Shown: positions 40,101-50,668 of the stretch, one piece after another
Layout: each line of letters starts with the position of its first letter
How positions within the stretch are numbered: the stretch's first letter is position 1
DNA from: an uncultured virus (IMG/VR IMGVR_UViG_3300044568_002560)
Lineage: Duplodnaviria > Heunggongvirae > Uroviricota > Caudoviricetes > Ackermannviridae
IMG/VR virus record: IMGVR_UViG_3300044568_002560
Length of the DNA stretch: 64,000 bases
Direction: 5' to 3' (one strand)
Translations under genes and position numbers: made by a program
The notes under the pieces: generated by a model
Database searches by the model: none
The model's input: the letters and a program-made list of their open reading frames with translations, nothing else
Told to the model about the DNA's origin: nothing

Positions 40101-42240
40101 AAACTAATGCAGAATAGTCATAGAACCCTTCGCGTTGACCGTCATCCAACTCAAAATCTGCAAGTTTATCAGCACCATCAAAAGACAATCCTGTAACAGA
40201 ATACACATCCCAATTAGGCAAAGTGAATCCAACACGACCGTTTATATTGGCAAAATTAAACGCTGTTGCGGTTACAGTTCTAGCGGTAGATACCTTGATT
40301 CTGCAAGTTCCAGAAAAACCTGATGCTGAAGCAAAATTAGCAGTGTACTTGAAAGGCAACACCATTCGCACACTCGGTGATGCTGCGGTAAATCCGGTTG
40401 GGCCACCAGATACTCCCATTACTAAATTTGATCCACTCTTGTACACCGAAACTGTAGCAAGAGGATCACCAGCATCGTTATTAGCGGGAGAGAACACGAT
40501 ACCACCACTGTTTATAAACTGATACTTGCTAATTGTTGATCTTACACTTGTTGATGTACCACTCAAATCAGGAGCAACATCAATAAAAGAAGTATTATAT
40601 GATCCAGTTGGAAGATCAAGATCACTTGGGGTAACTGTCCATGTGTTGGTTGGACTGGTAAAACTAACGCCCAATGTCTTGGATACAACTTTGCCGTAAA
40701 AAGACAAGGCAGTAAAAGCACTTACACCTTGTGTGGGAGTAATCTCATAAACCAAAGAGGTGTCGTTTGCTCCACTACCACCAATAATACCAAATGTGGT
40801 TCCTGTTATTGGGCCAAAAATACCGAATGTGATACCTGCACTTGCACCACCCGGACTTCCGTAAACTACTGCGCTGCTTGCCCCGCTAATCACCGAGTCT
40901 GTGCAAATTCCGTACAGGTACATGGAATACGCAGCAGAAGTCTTTCCAGATCCAACTGCTCGTGGAACCAACCCGTGTACTCCTGCTTGACCAATAAAAG
41001 CACCACTACTGTTTCGGAATCGCACAAGAGCGTATCCACCGTTCATATTATTAAAATAAGTGTAAGCCGTTGCACCATAATTGGCAGTGTCTAGCGAAAC
41101 ACCCAACACATTTCCAGTATTGAATCCAAATGATCCACCAGCAGATTGAGTGGTTCGTGCTTTGGTTATACCAATAATTGTAGGATACTTGGTTTCTACT
41201 TCATTGCCAAAAACATACGCTTTTCCTGGCCCAACTACCACATCTAGTTTAGTAGCATCGGTGCTAGAATTACGCACACTCACATCAAACGGACTAACCA
41301 CATACGAACCAGATTCGTCATAGGTTCTTTGAGCCAATGTTTTGGCAATATCCCCATAAACAACTTTGTCTGCCTTTTTGGTAACTTTGCCGTCCTCAAA
41401 ACGAAGGATTTCAACAAAATCGTTTGGTGTATCAGTCAGATCAACCTGTGTCAAATCCAAATTTATAACAAAACGATCCCCACCCGGTGCTTTATAGTTG
41501 GGAGAACCAAAAGACGGATCTAGCAGGGTTAAATCCTCTGCTGATGTGGTTGTATCTCGGGTAACAGCAAAACCAACCTTTTTATCCAAACCAGCAAATG
41601 TGACACCACTAGAAGTACCAGTTAAATCACGATAAGTGCCTGATATTGTATACGGAGTAAACGACTGTTCGGTGTTAAGCACAAACGCGCCGTCAACATA
41701 AAATATACCTTCACCCACAGTTACAAGTTTGCACAATCCGTTGTGGGAAGTACCCGCTGCAACCATTGGACTATACGATCCACCGTTGCTTGTGGTTATT
41801 CCAAGAGTAACACCTGTGGTTGGGATTTGAGCACCGTAACCACTCACATAATCCACAACCACGAACAGTTTATCGTCTGTTTCGGGAGGCAGCACATGGG
41901 CAATAGTGCCGCTAGCAGTTGCTCCCCAATAAATGGTTCCACCAACCAGTGAAGCCCAATCAGTAGAGCCGAATGCGTTGAACGGAGAACCGGAACCTGT
42001 CCTCAATCCCAAGAAGTTAGTGTTACGAACCGAGATGGGCGCACCCACAATACGGGAGCCGTCTTTAAACAGGTGATCGCCAATTTTTGAAATTTGATCC
42101 TGTAGAATTGACTGCATTTGGGTCAATTCACGGGCTTGAACCGCGTAACCGGGCTTGAAAAGAATTCTCAAGAAACGATTAGCAGGATCGTAATCGTCGT
42201 AATACGGAGAAATGTTGAAAATACTTGGGTCGTAAGCCAT
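37135..42240 (-). CDS. Large baseplate/structural protein (VrlC/DUF4815-like)
   Basis: SPYYDDYD, LFKPGYAVQARELTQMQSILQ, RTYDESGSY, DPLCQTF. Confidence 0.88.
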   Translation of the reverse strand: MAYDPSIFNISPYYDDYDPANRFLRILFKPGYAVQARELTQMQSILQDQISKIGDHLFKDGSRIVGAPISVRNTNFLGLRTGSGSPFNAFGSTDWASLVGGTIYWGATASGTIAHVLPPETDDKLFVVVDYVSGYGAQIPTTGVTLGITTSNGGSYSPMVAAGTSHNGLCKLVTVGEGIFYVDGAFVLNTEQSFTPYTISGTYRDLTGTSSGVTFAGLDKKVGFAVTRDTTTSAEDLTLLDPSFGSPNYKAPGGDRFVINLDLTQVDLTDTPNDFVEILRFEDGKVTKKADKVVYGDIAKTLAQRTYDESGSYVVSPFDVSVRNSSTDATKLDVVVGPGKAYVFGNEVETKYPTIIGITKARTTQSAGGSFGFNTGNVLGVSLDTANYGATAYTYFNNMNGGYALVRFRNSSGAFIGQAGVHGLVPRAVGSGKTSAAYSMYLYGICTDSVISGASSAVVYGSPGGASAGITFGIFGPITGTTFGIIGGSGANDTSLVYEITPTQGVSAFTALSFYGKVVSKTLGVSFTSPTNTWTVTPSDLDLPTGSYNTSFIDVAPDLSGTSTSVRSTISKYQFINSGGIVFSPANNDAGDPLATVSVYKSGSNLVMGVSGGPTGFTAASPSVRMVLPFKYTANFASASGFSGTCRIKVSTARTVTATAFNFANINGRVGFTLPNWDVYSVTGLSFDGADKLADFELDDGQREGFYDYSALVCKKSKEGTYTLPLNKTVTCSYNYFQHGGTTFGPFVGQHSYLGISYDQIPLFTNPKTGRTVSLANCVDFRHSGPTLDNIYAKPYGDYESLSATTVSWSNYLPRIDRLSLKINPSDLSTSFAVDSGVAELSPQSPPETENSMTVATLTVPAYTYRPQEVVVIKNDVRRYTMTDIHNVERRVDEIETFAKLSLSESEMAGRDVKPIVDGYIANGGSTASLGVSSLNGEPIKTSIYTDDFYGHAGGDVSDKDHRCAVDYQYGELRPMFTHNLFSLGGITSSSGTTVSSDGLVTLDYTSTPLITNDGYNKSVAVNPTGTVNWLGFMKFTKQYETGFDTGVRPVVYNNNMSENDNWVGSNANNARGFGTQWNDWEYLWTGTQIRTDGKDDVQKRILETPRTNSPSSIPTTNSGNEKTAINRNTTPTDQKVGNLLNSSRLIGRTKYKTLDNRMVDRTVVPYVPVNNNIGVTAYGLRPSSTGLNLYVDGVLVKSGLSANSNGTVGVTFSFTSEGYLSGEKSVRISDNATTQNATQAADGIFYCGGNVRQRFDGVYSTRNPEYRRQAVTSEGIIKDPFQRDVSYDNIQETINSNQWIDPLCQTFIIDAKAYPEGVYANSVTLYFDTKDTTLPVTVQLRPTINGYPSPSVSFPMSTVTLMPSQVNTGYVGGTVEPLGTGFTFSSPIYLEPGEYAIAVMTNSKNYTLRAYDSGVDLTNTGRGGNNPAVGTLYQPQSVGAAAQNLSTDIAFTVNRCEFGDYSSGTVDYANQNITNCQVIKVNVPQITPLNCTSAIILDTSSPLVLQNNQNKYLSSVYTSTKDLRFSLTRPSIPFKSYLSPAVDTGVFFGVGAAMIATTDTTASPSSAYVSKAVTLPEDLVSNGIFATAEVCCPYGSQVRAYVRYTNRGESDLFGQSWVAMTAVEGIGSPKIPFTAASNLSKSEYDFRPTRWALFDNTTGIRGYQIKLVFTIDSTVITDQTKTYSVLPAIRNLRMASLRTV

Positions 42241-42249
42241 ATTTTCCTT

Positions 42250-44667
42250 TTAGAATCCTACTCGTAGTCTGAATTCTTCGCTTTGGTTTTGTAGTCTCTG
42301 AACAGGCTGTATACTGTTTATGTATATGATTTCGCCAGAATGAATGTCTATCTGGGGGTTTGTAACACTACTAACTGTATATCCGTCATTTATTAAAGTG
42401 CGGTTTAGACGAGAGAAAGTTAATCCGCTACCTGAACTGGTTTTGAATATACCGAAAGGCTCGCTGATGTACAGTTTTCCTGTGGATGCGGTGATCTTGT
42501 CCCATTTATACACATAACCACTAGCGTAATCGTTTTCATAAGACGCACTCTTGCCCTGTTGAACAAAATCACCACTCACCCATGTGGTTTCACCGAAATC
42601 GTCTAGCGACGAACCCAATGGCTTATTCATGCTTAATACAGTCAGCCCTGTATACTTTGGAACAGTTGCTTCATCAAAATATGGAGGGCTTGCACTTATA
42701 ATTTTGAAAAGTTCAGCAGTACCACCTTCGGTTGCTAGCGACAGCCCCCTGTTCACAAAGGCAAGTTCGCCGTATGCCAAAGAAACACCACCCACATACG
42801 CAGTAACACCGCCACTAACTCCTGTAATCTTGAGAGATTCCGAGGCTCCGCGAGCAAAAGCATTCTTGGTTACACGAACACCCAATTTAGTCGTGGTTGC
42901 AGAAATAATTGTTCCTTCTGCGGTAATACCAAAACCGTATGATATACCACCGAATGCAGAAATACCCGCAGGAATATTTTGAGTAATGGTTTCGCCCACC
43001 GAGAATCCCGATTTAGGAGTAGACAGGTTAAGATCGTAAACATCCAAACGATCAGCCCATGTTACGGGAGTAGCACCTGTGTTTTTTACCTTTATCTGTA
43101 CTCGAATTTCACCGTTCACTGTGTTTGCCGATATCACAGAACTCACAGGGAAAGACGCATACGACTCTGCTCCTGTGATAAAGTTTTTGCTTCCACTAAA
43201 GAAATTAGTTTCAAACCCTGCCTTATCGGATGCCGCACTTCCAAGATACAACAACACAAGATTACGATAATACTGCTGATCGCTTCCTGCTAAATTTTCG
43301 CTGCCATCATTCAGTATTGGATTTCGGATAATTCCAAATTGACGATATGTTCCATCTGTGGGAATAATACTAGAATCATTGGTATCGTCTATTTCTGCAA
43401 TCATAATCACATCAGAAACATTGAGTTCTTTCAAGATGTTTGAACCGTGCCCACCCTTTGGAGACAGTATTGCATTCAATGTTGGGTGAACAGTATTTCC
43501 TGATGTTCCACCAGATTTTGGACTAACAACTTCTACCGCTGCTTGGCTGTAGTTCCGCCCACCATTAACCAAATCTATGCCTGTGACTTTACGCCAATCC
43601 GCGTCTCCTGTTTTTCCCAACCGCAAGAAACCGTAAGCCCCTGTACCGTCTCCAGAAATACGAGCATGGGGAAGAATATCATAAAAAACTCTATCACTTG
43701 AATTGTTAAAAGTTAAAACAAACGGCTCATACTCTCCACGAATTGTAAAAGTGTATGAACTAGAATCAGAAGTTACTCCGTATATGATGCCGTATTTATT
43801 TACATCGGTAATACTTCCACCACTCACACCCACAACTCGTAAAATATTTCCTTTATAAGTGTCTAGTTGTGATTGTGGAAGAGTAAACTGATTGGTGTTT
43901 GTGCTAGAATTGATGGTATAAAAATCACCAACACCATAAGAAACATTAGCAGCAGTAGTTCCTGTTCCACCAACCACAAATCGTGCACCGTATTCACTTC
44001 CAAGATAGGTGGCAGCAGACACACCACCGGTTGATGTGACTTCAAGAGCAGTAATTTGCCCGTTTACTGCTGACCTTTGAGCATTGAATTGGAGTGTGGT
44101 TTCGCTTGTGCTTGGGTCTGTAAGATTGTTCTGCTCAATCCTCACAAAATTGATAGGCACATAATCGGTAAGTTCATACGGAATATCCGATGCTTTTACG
44201 GTTGCCAAATACTTCCATGTGTATCCGTCCTGACCTGTCAGTGGGGTGGAAGTTGTATGAGTAGGCACATCTCTTGATGTTCCTGTTGTTGCTCCAACGC
44301 ACTTATAGATGTTGTTTGCGTCTGTCACTACATAAAAATTGCTTGGTGCGTCTTCGTTAAACAGTTCTACATCGTCACGATACGCATCGTAAACACCGCC
44401 TGCTGTCCAACCAATTCGTGGAAGAGCAAACACTATTTTACTGGGATCTATTTGCTTGTAGCCAATAATGCTACGCATAACATCGTATTCTGCACGAACG
44501 GTATCCGCAGGCACAACAGGAATAATATCAGCACTGGCTCCTGCTGTTTCGGGCCAAGGAGTAGTCTTGGCAATAAACAGGTAGTGGTTGGCACGATTTG
44601 CTGCTATTTCGGTTAGAAACGACTCTGCAAATGCTCGTTTAATGGATGTTTTCAGTAGTAGGGGCAT
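42250..44667 (-). CDS. 8: Baseplate wedge gp8-like
   Basis: NFYVVTD..IYKC, DGYTWKY, PKGGHG, YRQFGIIRNP, SGEIIYIN. Confidence 0.85.
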   Translation of the reverse strand: MPLLLKTSIKRAFAESFLTEIAANRANHYLFIAKTTPWPETAGASADIIPVVPADTVRAEYDVMRSIIGYKQIDPSKIVFALPRIGWTAGGVYDAYRDDVELFNEDAPSNFYVVTDANNIYKCVGATTGTSRDVPTHTTSTPLTGQDGYTWKYLATVKASDIPYELTDYVPINFVRIEQNNLTDPSTSETTLQFNAQRSAVNGQITALEVTSTGGVSAATYLGSEYGARFVVGGTGTTAANVSYGVGDFYTINSSTNTNQFTLPQSQLDTYKGNILRVVGVSGGSITDVNKYGIIYGVTSDSSSYTFTIRGEYEPFVLTFNNSSDRVFYDILPHARISGDGTGAYGFLRLGKTGDADWRKVTGIDLVNGGRNYSQAAVEVVSPKSGGTSGNTVHPTLNAILSPKGGHGSNILKELNVSDVIMIAEIDDTNDSSIIPTDGTYRQFGIIRNPILNDGSENLAGSDQQYYRNLVLLYLGSAASDKAGFETNFFSGSKNFITGAESYASFPVSSVISANTVNGEIRVQIKVKNTGATPVTWADRLDVYDLNLSTPKSGFSVGETITQNIPAGISAFGGISYGFGITAEGTIISATTTKLGVRVTKNAFARGASESLKITGVSGGVTAYVGGVSLAYGELAFVNRGLSLATEGGTAELFKIISASPPYFDEATVPKYTGLTVLSMNKPLGSSLDDFGETTWVSGDFVQQGKSASYENDYASGYVYKWDKITASTGKLYISEPFGIFKTSSGSGLTFSRLNRTLINDGYTVSSVTNPQIDIHSGEIIYINSIQPVQRLQNQSEEFRLRVGF

Positions 44668-44675
44668 ATTAGGTA

Positions 44676-47600
44676 TTACTCTCCCAGTGTATCGTATGTA
44701 TCTTGAGTCAGCACAGTTCCGTTCGCTAGGCGTGTGCCTGCCGACTTGTACACCAAGCCGTACAGGGACAGTAGGGCTTGTATGGTCATGTTACCCATGC
44801 TGATTCCTATTGGTACTGATCTAGAACCTGCCGTGTTTGGATGCTTGGAAATATACCAATACGGATACCCTGCGGCAACGGCAGCAGGATAACAACCAAA
44901 ACCTGCACCCTCAAAGAATTGCCCAAGAGAAGCCTCTAGTCTGTATTTTCTAGACAGATATGCGTACACCAATAGGCGTTCACTCTGATCCAAAACACGG
45001 TCGTATACAAGAATTTCGTAAATTACACCCTTGAACGAGTACGGTGTATTGGCAAGAGCAGCAGTCACAAAATTGGCAGACGCGGTAGAATCAGAATACG
45101 GAGCATCTAATACGGGCAAACAGAACGCACCAAACTGCCCCATATCAAGGGTTGCACCGTTGTACGAAACTTGAGATGCTTCAAAGTTGGAAGGATTGGA
45201 ACCACCCGGACTATCAGGGCGGGCAATTCGTCTAGCGGTTTCCACAGAGTAATTGGCAGACTCTTCGCCGTTATAGAACGACTGTATGCGTCCTGTAGTA
45301 TCTCGCCGCCACTCTCCTAATGAAATGTTTTCTAGGGACACACCAGTGGTTGTTGCCCTATACGGATTGAATGCAATACGAGACGCAGTAGTGCTGCCTG
45401 TGTTGCTACGCAAACCAACTAGACCACTTTCATACGGATAGAACGACTGGTTTGTGCTAGAGTTTACAAAATAATATCTACTGTTCTGTTTGGTGGAGTC
45501 TGCATCAATATCACTATACGATCTATGGTATAGCAGGTGGTCGGTTTCTGTGTTTCCGTAAGTGAATCCTGTTCCTGTGGCTGTGGTAAAGTCCTTGAAT
45601 TTCTTACTAGAAGAAACAAATCCTAATCCGTAATTTGAAGCAGTATATCCAGATGCAGTAGTACCTGCTCGGAACACTATAAACACACTCATGTCTTTGG
45701 TTAAAGATATGCCACGAGTTAAAACAAAATGCTGTCCTGATAGAATTTTTTCACCGGTAGTTCCTGGGCCAAAAGGCACAGTAGCAATACCACCAAGAGT
45801 TTTTCCTGTTCCGTAACCACCACATACTCCAGCCTGTGTCCATACTGTATGTGGCCCATACACAACACCGCCATTGAATTGAATACCAGTTCTACCCGCA
45901 AACCCTCTGTCATTGATTACTAGAGTGGGGCGTAGTTTATCAATTGTAACACCAGTATAAGAAGTAGTCCACGAATCCCACTTGGGAGGAAATGCGTGAT
46001 TTTGCGAAAGCGAGGCATCACTCCAAATATCCATGCTTGCACCTGTAATCAACGACCCACCACACACTCCAATATTTTCAGGCTTGAGCCACAGCGTTAA
46101 ACCAACCAACCCAAATGGGGAATTGCCCACAACATTAGGACCAAGACGAGACTCATTACCCAACAGCCATGCCGTAATGCCACCCAAAGGCGCACCAAGA
46201 GGACGGTGAGCCACCGTGCCGCCTTCAGGCACAAAGCAGTAGGTATACCCCAGGTTTCCACCCGAACCGCCTGCGGTGAATGTGGTTCCTGCTGGCGCAG
46301 TGTTTCCATTTGGCCCTAATTCTGCTGTGCTGCCAATATACGGATTGTAGCCTGCGGGATACAAGTCTCCAGTAGTTCCATATGTAATTCCGTACTCCTG
46401 AAACACCCAATTTCCAGCAGCGGTGATACCGTTGTTTCGTAAATCCAAAGTGGTTCCAAAGGTGTACGGCAAATAGTTGCCCATCACTGGAACGCCTTCA
46501 CGAGTAAGTTGAGACGATGCCACATGACGACACATCACCCTGTCTTCCAAAAGGATGGAACCAAACATCTTCATGCCAGCAGGATGCACCAATTGTTTCA
46601 ATACGGAATAGAAACGATCTATGCTGACTGCGGATTTTAATTCGTATGAAAATTCTTGGTAGTAGTCGCCGTCGTAAATCTTTGGAGTAGACGAAATCTT
46701 TCCTGTATTGCCTTTGTAGTATCCGGGATACCGAGTAATTGCAGACGGCGTAAACACGATTTGTGCGTTGGTGTTGACTCCGTTTGAACTGATAACCAGC
46801 GCACTTATGGTATTCACATAGTTGATGCCAGAGTTTTCAATCTGAATACGCTTAACAGCACCGTCTAGACCCGTCTGCTGCACCTTTGCGGAGAATCCCA
46901 CACCGTCTCCCTGCAAATACACCACATCTCCCACATTATAATTCGATCCTGCTGTTTGGATATAAAAATCACCAAGCACACTGAATGTGGTTTCTGTAAA
47001 CGGATCAAAGGTAGAATCAGGTGGTGTCAGTACTACTTCAACATTAGGCAAGAAATTACCAACCAAATCGGTCAGATACAGTTCTGTAATAGGCACACCG
47101 TTTTGATAGTACTGAAACACCCGATCAATGGTTGCATACGCTTGCAGCGTGTACAGGTCTTTGTACTGCTGCACTTTTCCGCCTTCTGCGTATTTGTGGA
47201 GTGTTTCATTGTTTCGTGTAACCTTGATAGACACCTGTTCCACCCATTTACCGTCAGATGCTCGCAAAATGTCGTTCTTGGGGTAGTAAAACTGCACATT
47301 GCTGTCAAACAGTAGACGGAACAAGAACCGATACGCACTCTCTGTGCCTTTGCTGCCGTAAAACTGCTTGATTTTTTTCAGCAGCGTCTTCTTGTTTGGC
47401 TTGAGTCCGTCTGTATTGGTTGCAAATATTTCAGGAAACGAATCCAAGAAAGTGGATTTAAAATGGGAGTAGAACTGCTCTAGATTGTTGTCAACATCAA
47501 TGGCTGAGTCAATATTATTGTTTACGAATCCAGCGTTCCCTTGAGTTTCTGCCCACTCGTAATACGCCTTGATAAACAGCACCAATTTCCTGTAATCACT

Positions 47601-47699
47601 ACGCATAAACGACGGAAACTGTTCCTCAATAAAAGGCGACAGAATGCTTTCAAGTGCTTCAGCAGGCGTATTCAGGATTATGGATTTGATTTCTGGCAT
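44676..47699 (-). CDS. 7: Baseplate wedge gp7-like with C-terminal lectin-like extension
   Basis: FIKAYYEW, KGTESAYRFLFR, YYQEFSY, HPAGMKMFG; LWLK...WSD...IYEILVYDR extension. Confidence 0.8.
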   Translation of the reverse strand: MPEIKSIILNTPAEALESILSPFIEEQFPSFMRSDYRKLVLFIKAYYEWAETQGNAGFVNNNIDSAIDVDNNLEQFYSHFKSTFLDSFPEIFATNTDGLKPNKKTLLKKIKQFYGSKGTESAYRFLFRLLFDSNVQFYYPKNDILRASDGKWVEQVSIKVTRNNETLHKYAEGGKVQQYKDLYTLQAYATIDRVFQYYQNGVPITELYLTDLVGNFLPNVEVVLTPPDSTFDPFTETTFSVLGDFYIQTAGSNYNVGDVVYLQGDGVGFSAKVQQTGLDGAVKRIQIENSGINYVNTISALVISSNGVNTNAQIVFTPSAITRYPGYYKGNTGKISSTPKIYDGDYYQEFSYELKSAVSIDRFYSVLKQLVHPAGMKMFGSILLEDRVMCRHVASSQLTREGVPVMGNYLPYTFGTTLDLRNNGITAAGNWVFQEYGITYGTTGDLYPAGYNPYIGSTAELGPNGNTAPAGTTFTAGGSGGNLGYTYCFVPEGGTVAHRPLGAPLGGITAWLLGNESRLGPNVVGNSPFGLVGLTLWLKPENIGVCGGSLITGASMDIWSDASLSQNHAFPPKWDSWTTSYTGVTIDKLRPTLVINDRGFAGRTGIQFNGGVVYGPHTVWTQAGVCGGYGTGKTLGGIATVPFGPGTTGEKILSGQHFVLTRGISLTKDMSVFIVFRAGTTASGYTASNYGLGFVSSSKKFKDFTTATGTGFTYGNTETDHLLYHRSYSDIDADSTKQNSRYYFVNSSTNQSFYPYESGLVGLRSNTGSTTASRIAFNPYRATTTGVSLENISLGEWRRDTTGRIQSFYNGEESANYSVETARRIARPDSPGGSNPSNFEASQVSYNGATLDMGQFGAFCLPVLDAPYSDSTASANFVTAALANTPYSFKGVIYEILVYDRVLDQSERLLVYAYLSRKYRLEASLGQFFEGAGFGCYPAAVAAGYPYWYISKHPNTAGSRSVPIGISMGNMTIQALLSLYGLVYKSAGTRLANGTVLTQDTYDTLGE

Positions 47700-47705
47700 A
47701 CTGTG

Positions 47706-49571
47706 TTATCGTATTAGTGATGTGACCGAAGACTCGTCTTCTGTGGTAACAGTCACCTGTACAGAATCCAAATATGTGCTGTTTATACGGAGAACTGCGT
47801 TGTCTTTGATAAAAATATTTGTGCTTTGCGGCTCAACTGTTAGTATTATAGGGAAAGCAGTAGACGAAGATGTAGGAGTAAATTTAGAGTTTACAACCAC
47901 AGTTCCCGCTGTGTAATCCACCGTCCCAACCGATGGATACACAGTTAGATAGTCACCCTCCGCAAGTGGATCAGGACGCACCACATTTACTACTCCGTTT
48001 CCGTCATCGCGCAGACTGCAATCAGTATAAACCACTCCAATAAGATCAGGGTGGGAGAATTGGTTGGTAGAAATAACTGATGTGTATCCGTCATACGGAT
48101 GGAAGAACTCATTACCAAAGTTGAAAGTATAACTCTTTGCAGTCAAAATTACGGACGAGTCTGTGCTCTTACGCATCTTTATTTTGGTGTACACACCCAA
48201 AACTGAACGATCCAGATTGTTGATTCCTTCTGCCATCTTGGAGTAGTAGAAATCAGAACCAAACCGCTCCACAACAGCAGCAGAGTAACTGTACACATAC
48301 GCATACACCAGTGATCGTAACACACCCGGAGAGATAGACATGGTGGTTGGTGAGTACACAACACGAATATCAAACACCAAATCTGTGAAATCCGCGTCAA
48401 CTATGACTGGAGAAACCGTAAGCAACGAGTAGTCTCTACGCAACTGGGCTTCTAGCGTTAGTTTTTCGCCTAGCGTTAGTTTTTCGCCTGACTTGGGCTT
48501 TATTGCCACATAAACAGTTCCGTATTGTGGTGGTGTTACTGTTTCACCACCGTACACATGAACCGATTGGGCATTTGGAAAAATTTTGTACACCAAAGCA
48601 GAGTAGTCGTTTTCTGTTACTGCGCGATTGCTTGTTTGGTAGAACTTGGGAGCCAAGAACTTGATTTTTGCAATACCTTCCAAGTCTGCACCACCAGAAG
48701 TCTGCGAGGCTGTGCTGCCAGTAACCGTATCGGCAACAAATTCCACGCTGCTTATACTGGCATCATCAGACTTGGTAAACGCCACAACACCGTTTCCTGC
48801 TTCGCCGTTTGTCTCCACATATTCAATGGAAACCACATTACCACTCTCAGGCTGCTGCCCTAAGATGCCGTCGCCAAAGTACACTTCATAGATTCCTGCT
48901 TCTTTTTCTTGTAAGAAATACACTTTGGAAGTGGGAGTCAAAGTCAGGTAGTCAGTTCCCAAACTCCACGCATCGTCAATGCCCGTGGTGTCGCTAATAG
49001 ACGAGTATACACGCACCTTTAGAGTACTAATATCTGCCTTGTTGTTTGGAATAATCAGGAACGAACCAATCTTGGTGTCACGGTTGTAGATGTATGTGAC
49101 TCGGCGAATGGTTCCTTCGTACAACTCCACATTTCTAATAGCGTTATCACCAGCATCAGCAAAAACCGTGTCTAGATTCACAAACTTGTACCGCGTACCT
49201 TCCAAATTGGTTCCGCTGAATTCTGTGCCTCTAGCCAAGTAGGTGTCTGCTGAAGCGGTTATGCCCAGCATGACATTCACCATGCCTTTAGATGCCGTTA
49301 TAGAGGACGGCAGGTAGCCCAAATGCTTGGCATGAGACACCACAGACGGGCGCAGCAATGCGCTGTCCAAGAACATCTCGTTTGCAACCATGTTGGAGTA
49401 GAACGCTTGGTAGTGCGTATTGTACGCCAACACATCCAACAAGGTGTTGAGTACAGAACCGTCAAAGTTGTAGTCCTTTAGATTACTCTGTGTCTCCAAA
49501 TAGGTTTTCAAGGACTGTTTGATTTCCTCAAAGTCAAGCCCTACAACATTTACTGTGTTATTCTGTGCCAT
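47706..49571 (-). CDS. 6: Baseplate wedge gp6
   Basis: LDFEEIK, DYNFDGS, LAYNTHY, NEMFLDSA, RAVTENDY. Confidence 0.93.
   Translation of the reverse strand: MAQNNTVNVVGLDFEEIKQSLKTYLETQSNLKDYNFDGSVLNTLLDVLAYNTHYQAFYSNMVANEMFLDSALLRPSVVSHAKHLGYLPSSITASKGMVNVMLGITASADTYLARGTEFSGTNLEGTRYKFVNLDTVFADAGDNAIRNVELYEGTIRRVTYIYNRDTKIGSFLIIPNNKADISTLKVRVYSSISDTTGIDDAWSLGTDYLTLTPTSKVYFLQEKEAGIYEVYFGDGILGQQPESGNVVSIEYVETNGEAGNGVVAFTKSDDASISSVEFVADTVTGSTASQTSGGADLEGIAKIKFLAPKFYQTSNRAVTENDYSALVYKIFPNAQSVHVYGGETVTPPQYGTVYVAIKPKSGEKLTLGEKLTLEAQLRRDYSLLTVSPVIVDADFTDLVFDIRVVYSPTTMSISPGVLRSLVYAYVYSYSAAVVERFGSDFYYSKMAEGINNLDRSVLGVYTKIKMRKSTDSSVILTAKSYTFNFGNEFFHPYDGYTSVISTNQFSHPDLIGVVYTDCSLRDDGNGVVNVVRPDPLAEGDYLTVYPSVGTVDYTAGTVVVNSKFTPTSSSTAFPIILTVEPQSTNIFIKDNAVLRINSTYLDSVQVTVTTEDESSVTSLIR
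48452..48489. repeat. 18-bp in-frame tandem duplication in gp6
   Basis: ctagcgttagtttttcgc x2, encoding GEKLTL twice. Confidence 0.9.
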
Positions 49572-49993
49572 CAGCGTATCCTTTCTAGTACCGTGTTAAC
49601 TGTGTCCTTTTCGCCAGTGGCACGCAACGAAAACTCAACACTAACTTCGTATGAATTCTGATCGGGAAAGGATTTGATGTCCACAAACAAGGTTCCGATT
49701 CGTGGTTCGTGTGTACGCAGTGTGTTTAGAATTCTGTCTCGCATCTCAAATGTAGTTATGGAGTCTATGGGTTCAAACAGCAGAGCACGCAGAGACGCTC
49801 CAATATTTGGCTGAAACAGACGCTCACCGTATGCGGTTGACAGCAGATTCAGTATGGACTGCCTAACCGCTTTGGTGTCTGAAAGGGTCAACAAATCGTC
49901 TGTTTTGGGATGCGCTCCCATTGTAGGATCAATATCTGTGTACACGGGGTCTTGTACACTTTTTCCCGTATTGGATGTTAGGTAGTTGGGCAT
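49571..49993 (-). CDS. 25: Baseplate wedge gp25
   Basis: YTDID, GERLFQPNIG, LLFEP, HEPRI. Confidence 0.93.
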   Translation of the reverse strand: MPNYLTSNTGKSVQDPVYTDIDPTMGAHPKTDDLLTLSDTKAVRQSILNLLSTAYGERLFQPNIGASLRALLFEPIDSITTFEMRDRILNTLRTHEPRIGTLFVDIKSFPDQNSYEVSVEFSLRATGEKDTVNTVLERIR

Positions 49994-49996
49994 TGG

Positions 49997-50668
49997 TTAC
50001 TTTTGTGCGTGGAACAGGTGGTTGTTTATGCTTCGTGTGGTGCTGTCTATCACATCCTGTAGATTGCTATCGGCTATTCCTTCCTCGTGGAGTTTGTCCA
50101 TATCATCCATATCACACCAATGGCAACACACAAAACCCATAGGAGTCAGCGAATCTTGGCATTTCAACGAACTCACAGAAAAATATACTACATTATTTAT
50201 CTCTAATATTGAACGAAGCGAGCAATCCGGCAAACTTGATACCCGTATGATTTCATTGGTTCGCTTGTCCAAAATATCAACCAATTCCATGTATCGTGTC
50301 AGCAGCACATCCTGCGACTCTAGCAACATACTGGGAATGCCACCCGCGCAGGATTCGTGTGTCACAGAGAACCGTTTAATGGAACTACCGTCTGCAAACT
50401 TGCCACCGTTGTGGAATTGAAATATTATTGCACGCGAGCAGCGCATGAGTACTCGCATCTCTGTGAGTAGTTCGTGAACCTTGCTGTGTATTTGGAGTTG
50501 GGTTGTTTCCTTTTTGGCTCGCCATTTAAGTGAAATATTCTTTTTCTTCAACATGGAAACCACACCAAGCCCAACACCAACACCCAAAACACCCACCAAT
50601 TCACCAATAGAAAACACAATGTCTCGTATACCACTCAAAGACGATGCCATTTCTGTTGGTTCGCTCAT
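49997..50668 (-). CDS. Single-TM protein with GAF-like domain (putative T-like holin)
   Basis: N-terminal TM, then RAIIFQFHNG...SVTHE...MGFVCCHW; the holin assignment is an inference. Confidence 0.5.
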   Translation of the reverse strand: MSEPTEMASSLSGIRDIVFSIGELVGVLGVGVGLGVVSMLKKKNISLKWRAKKETTQLQIHSKVHELLTEMRVLMRCSRAIIFQFHNGGKFADGSSIKRFSVTHESCAGGIPSMLLESQDVLLTRYMELVDILDKRTNEIIRVSSLPDCSLRSILEINNVVYFSVSSLKCQDSLTPMGFVCCHWCDMDDMDKLHEEGIADSNLQDVIDSTTRSINNHLFHAQK

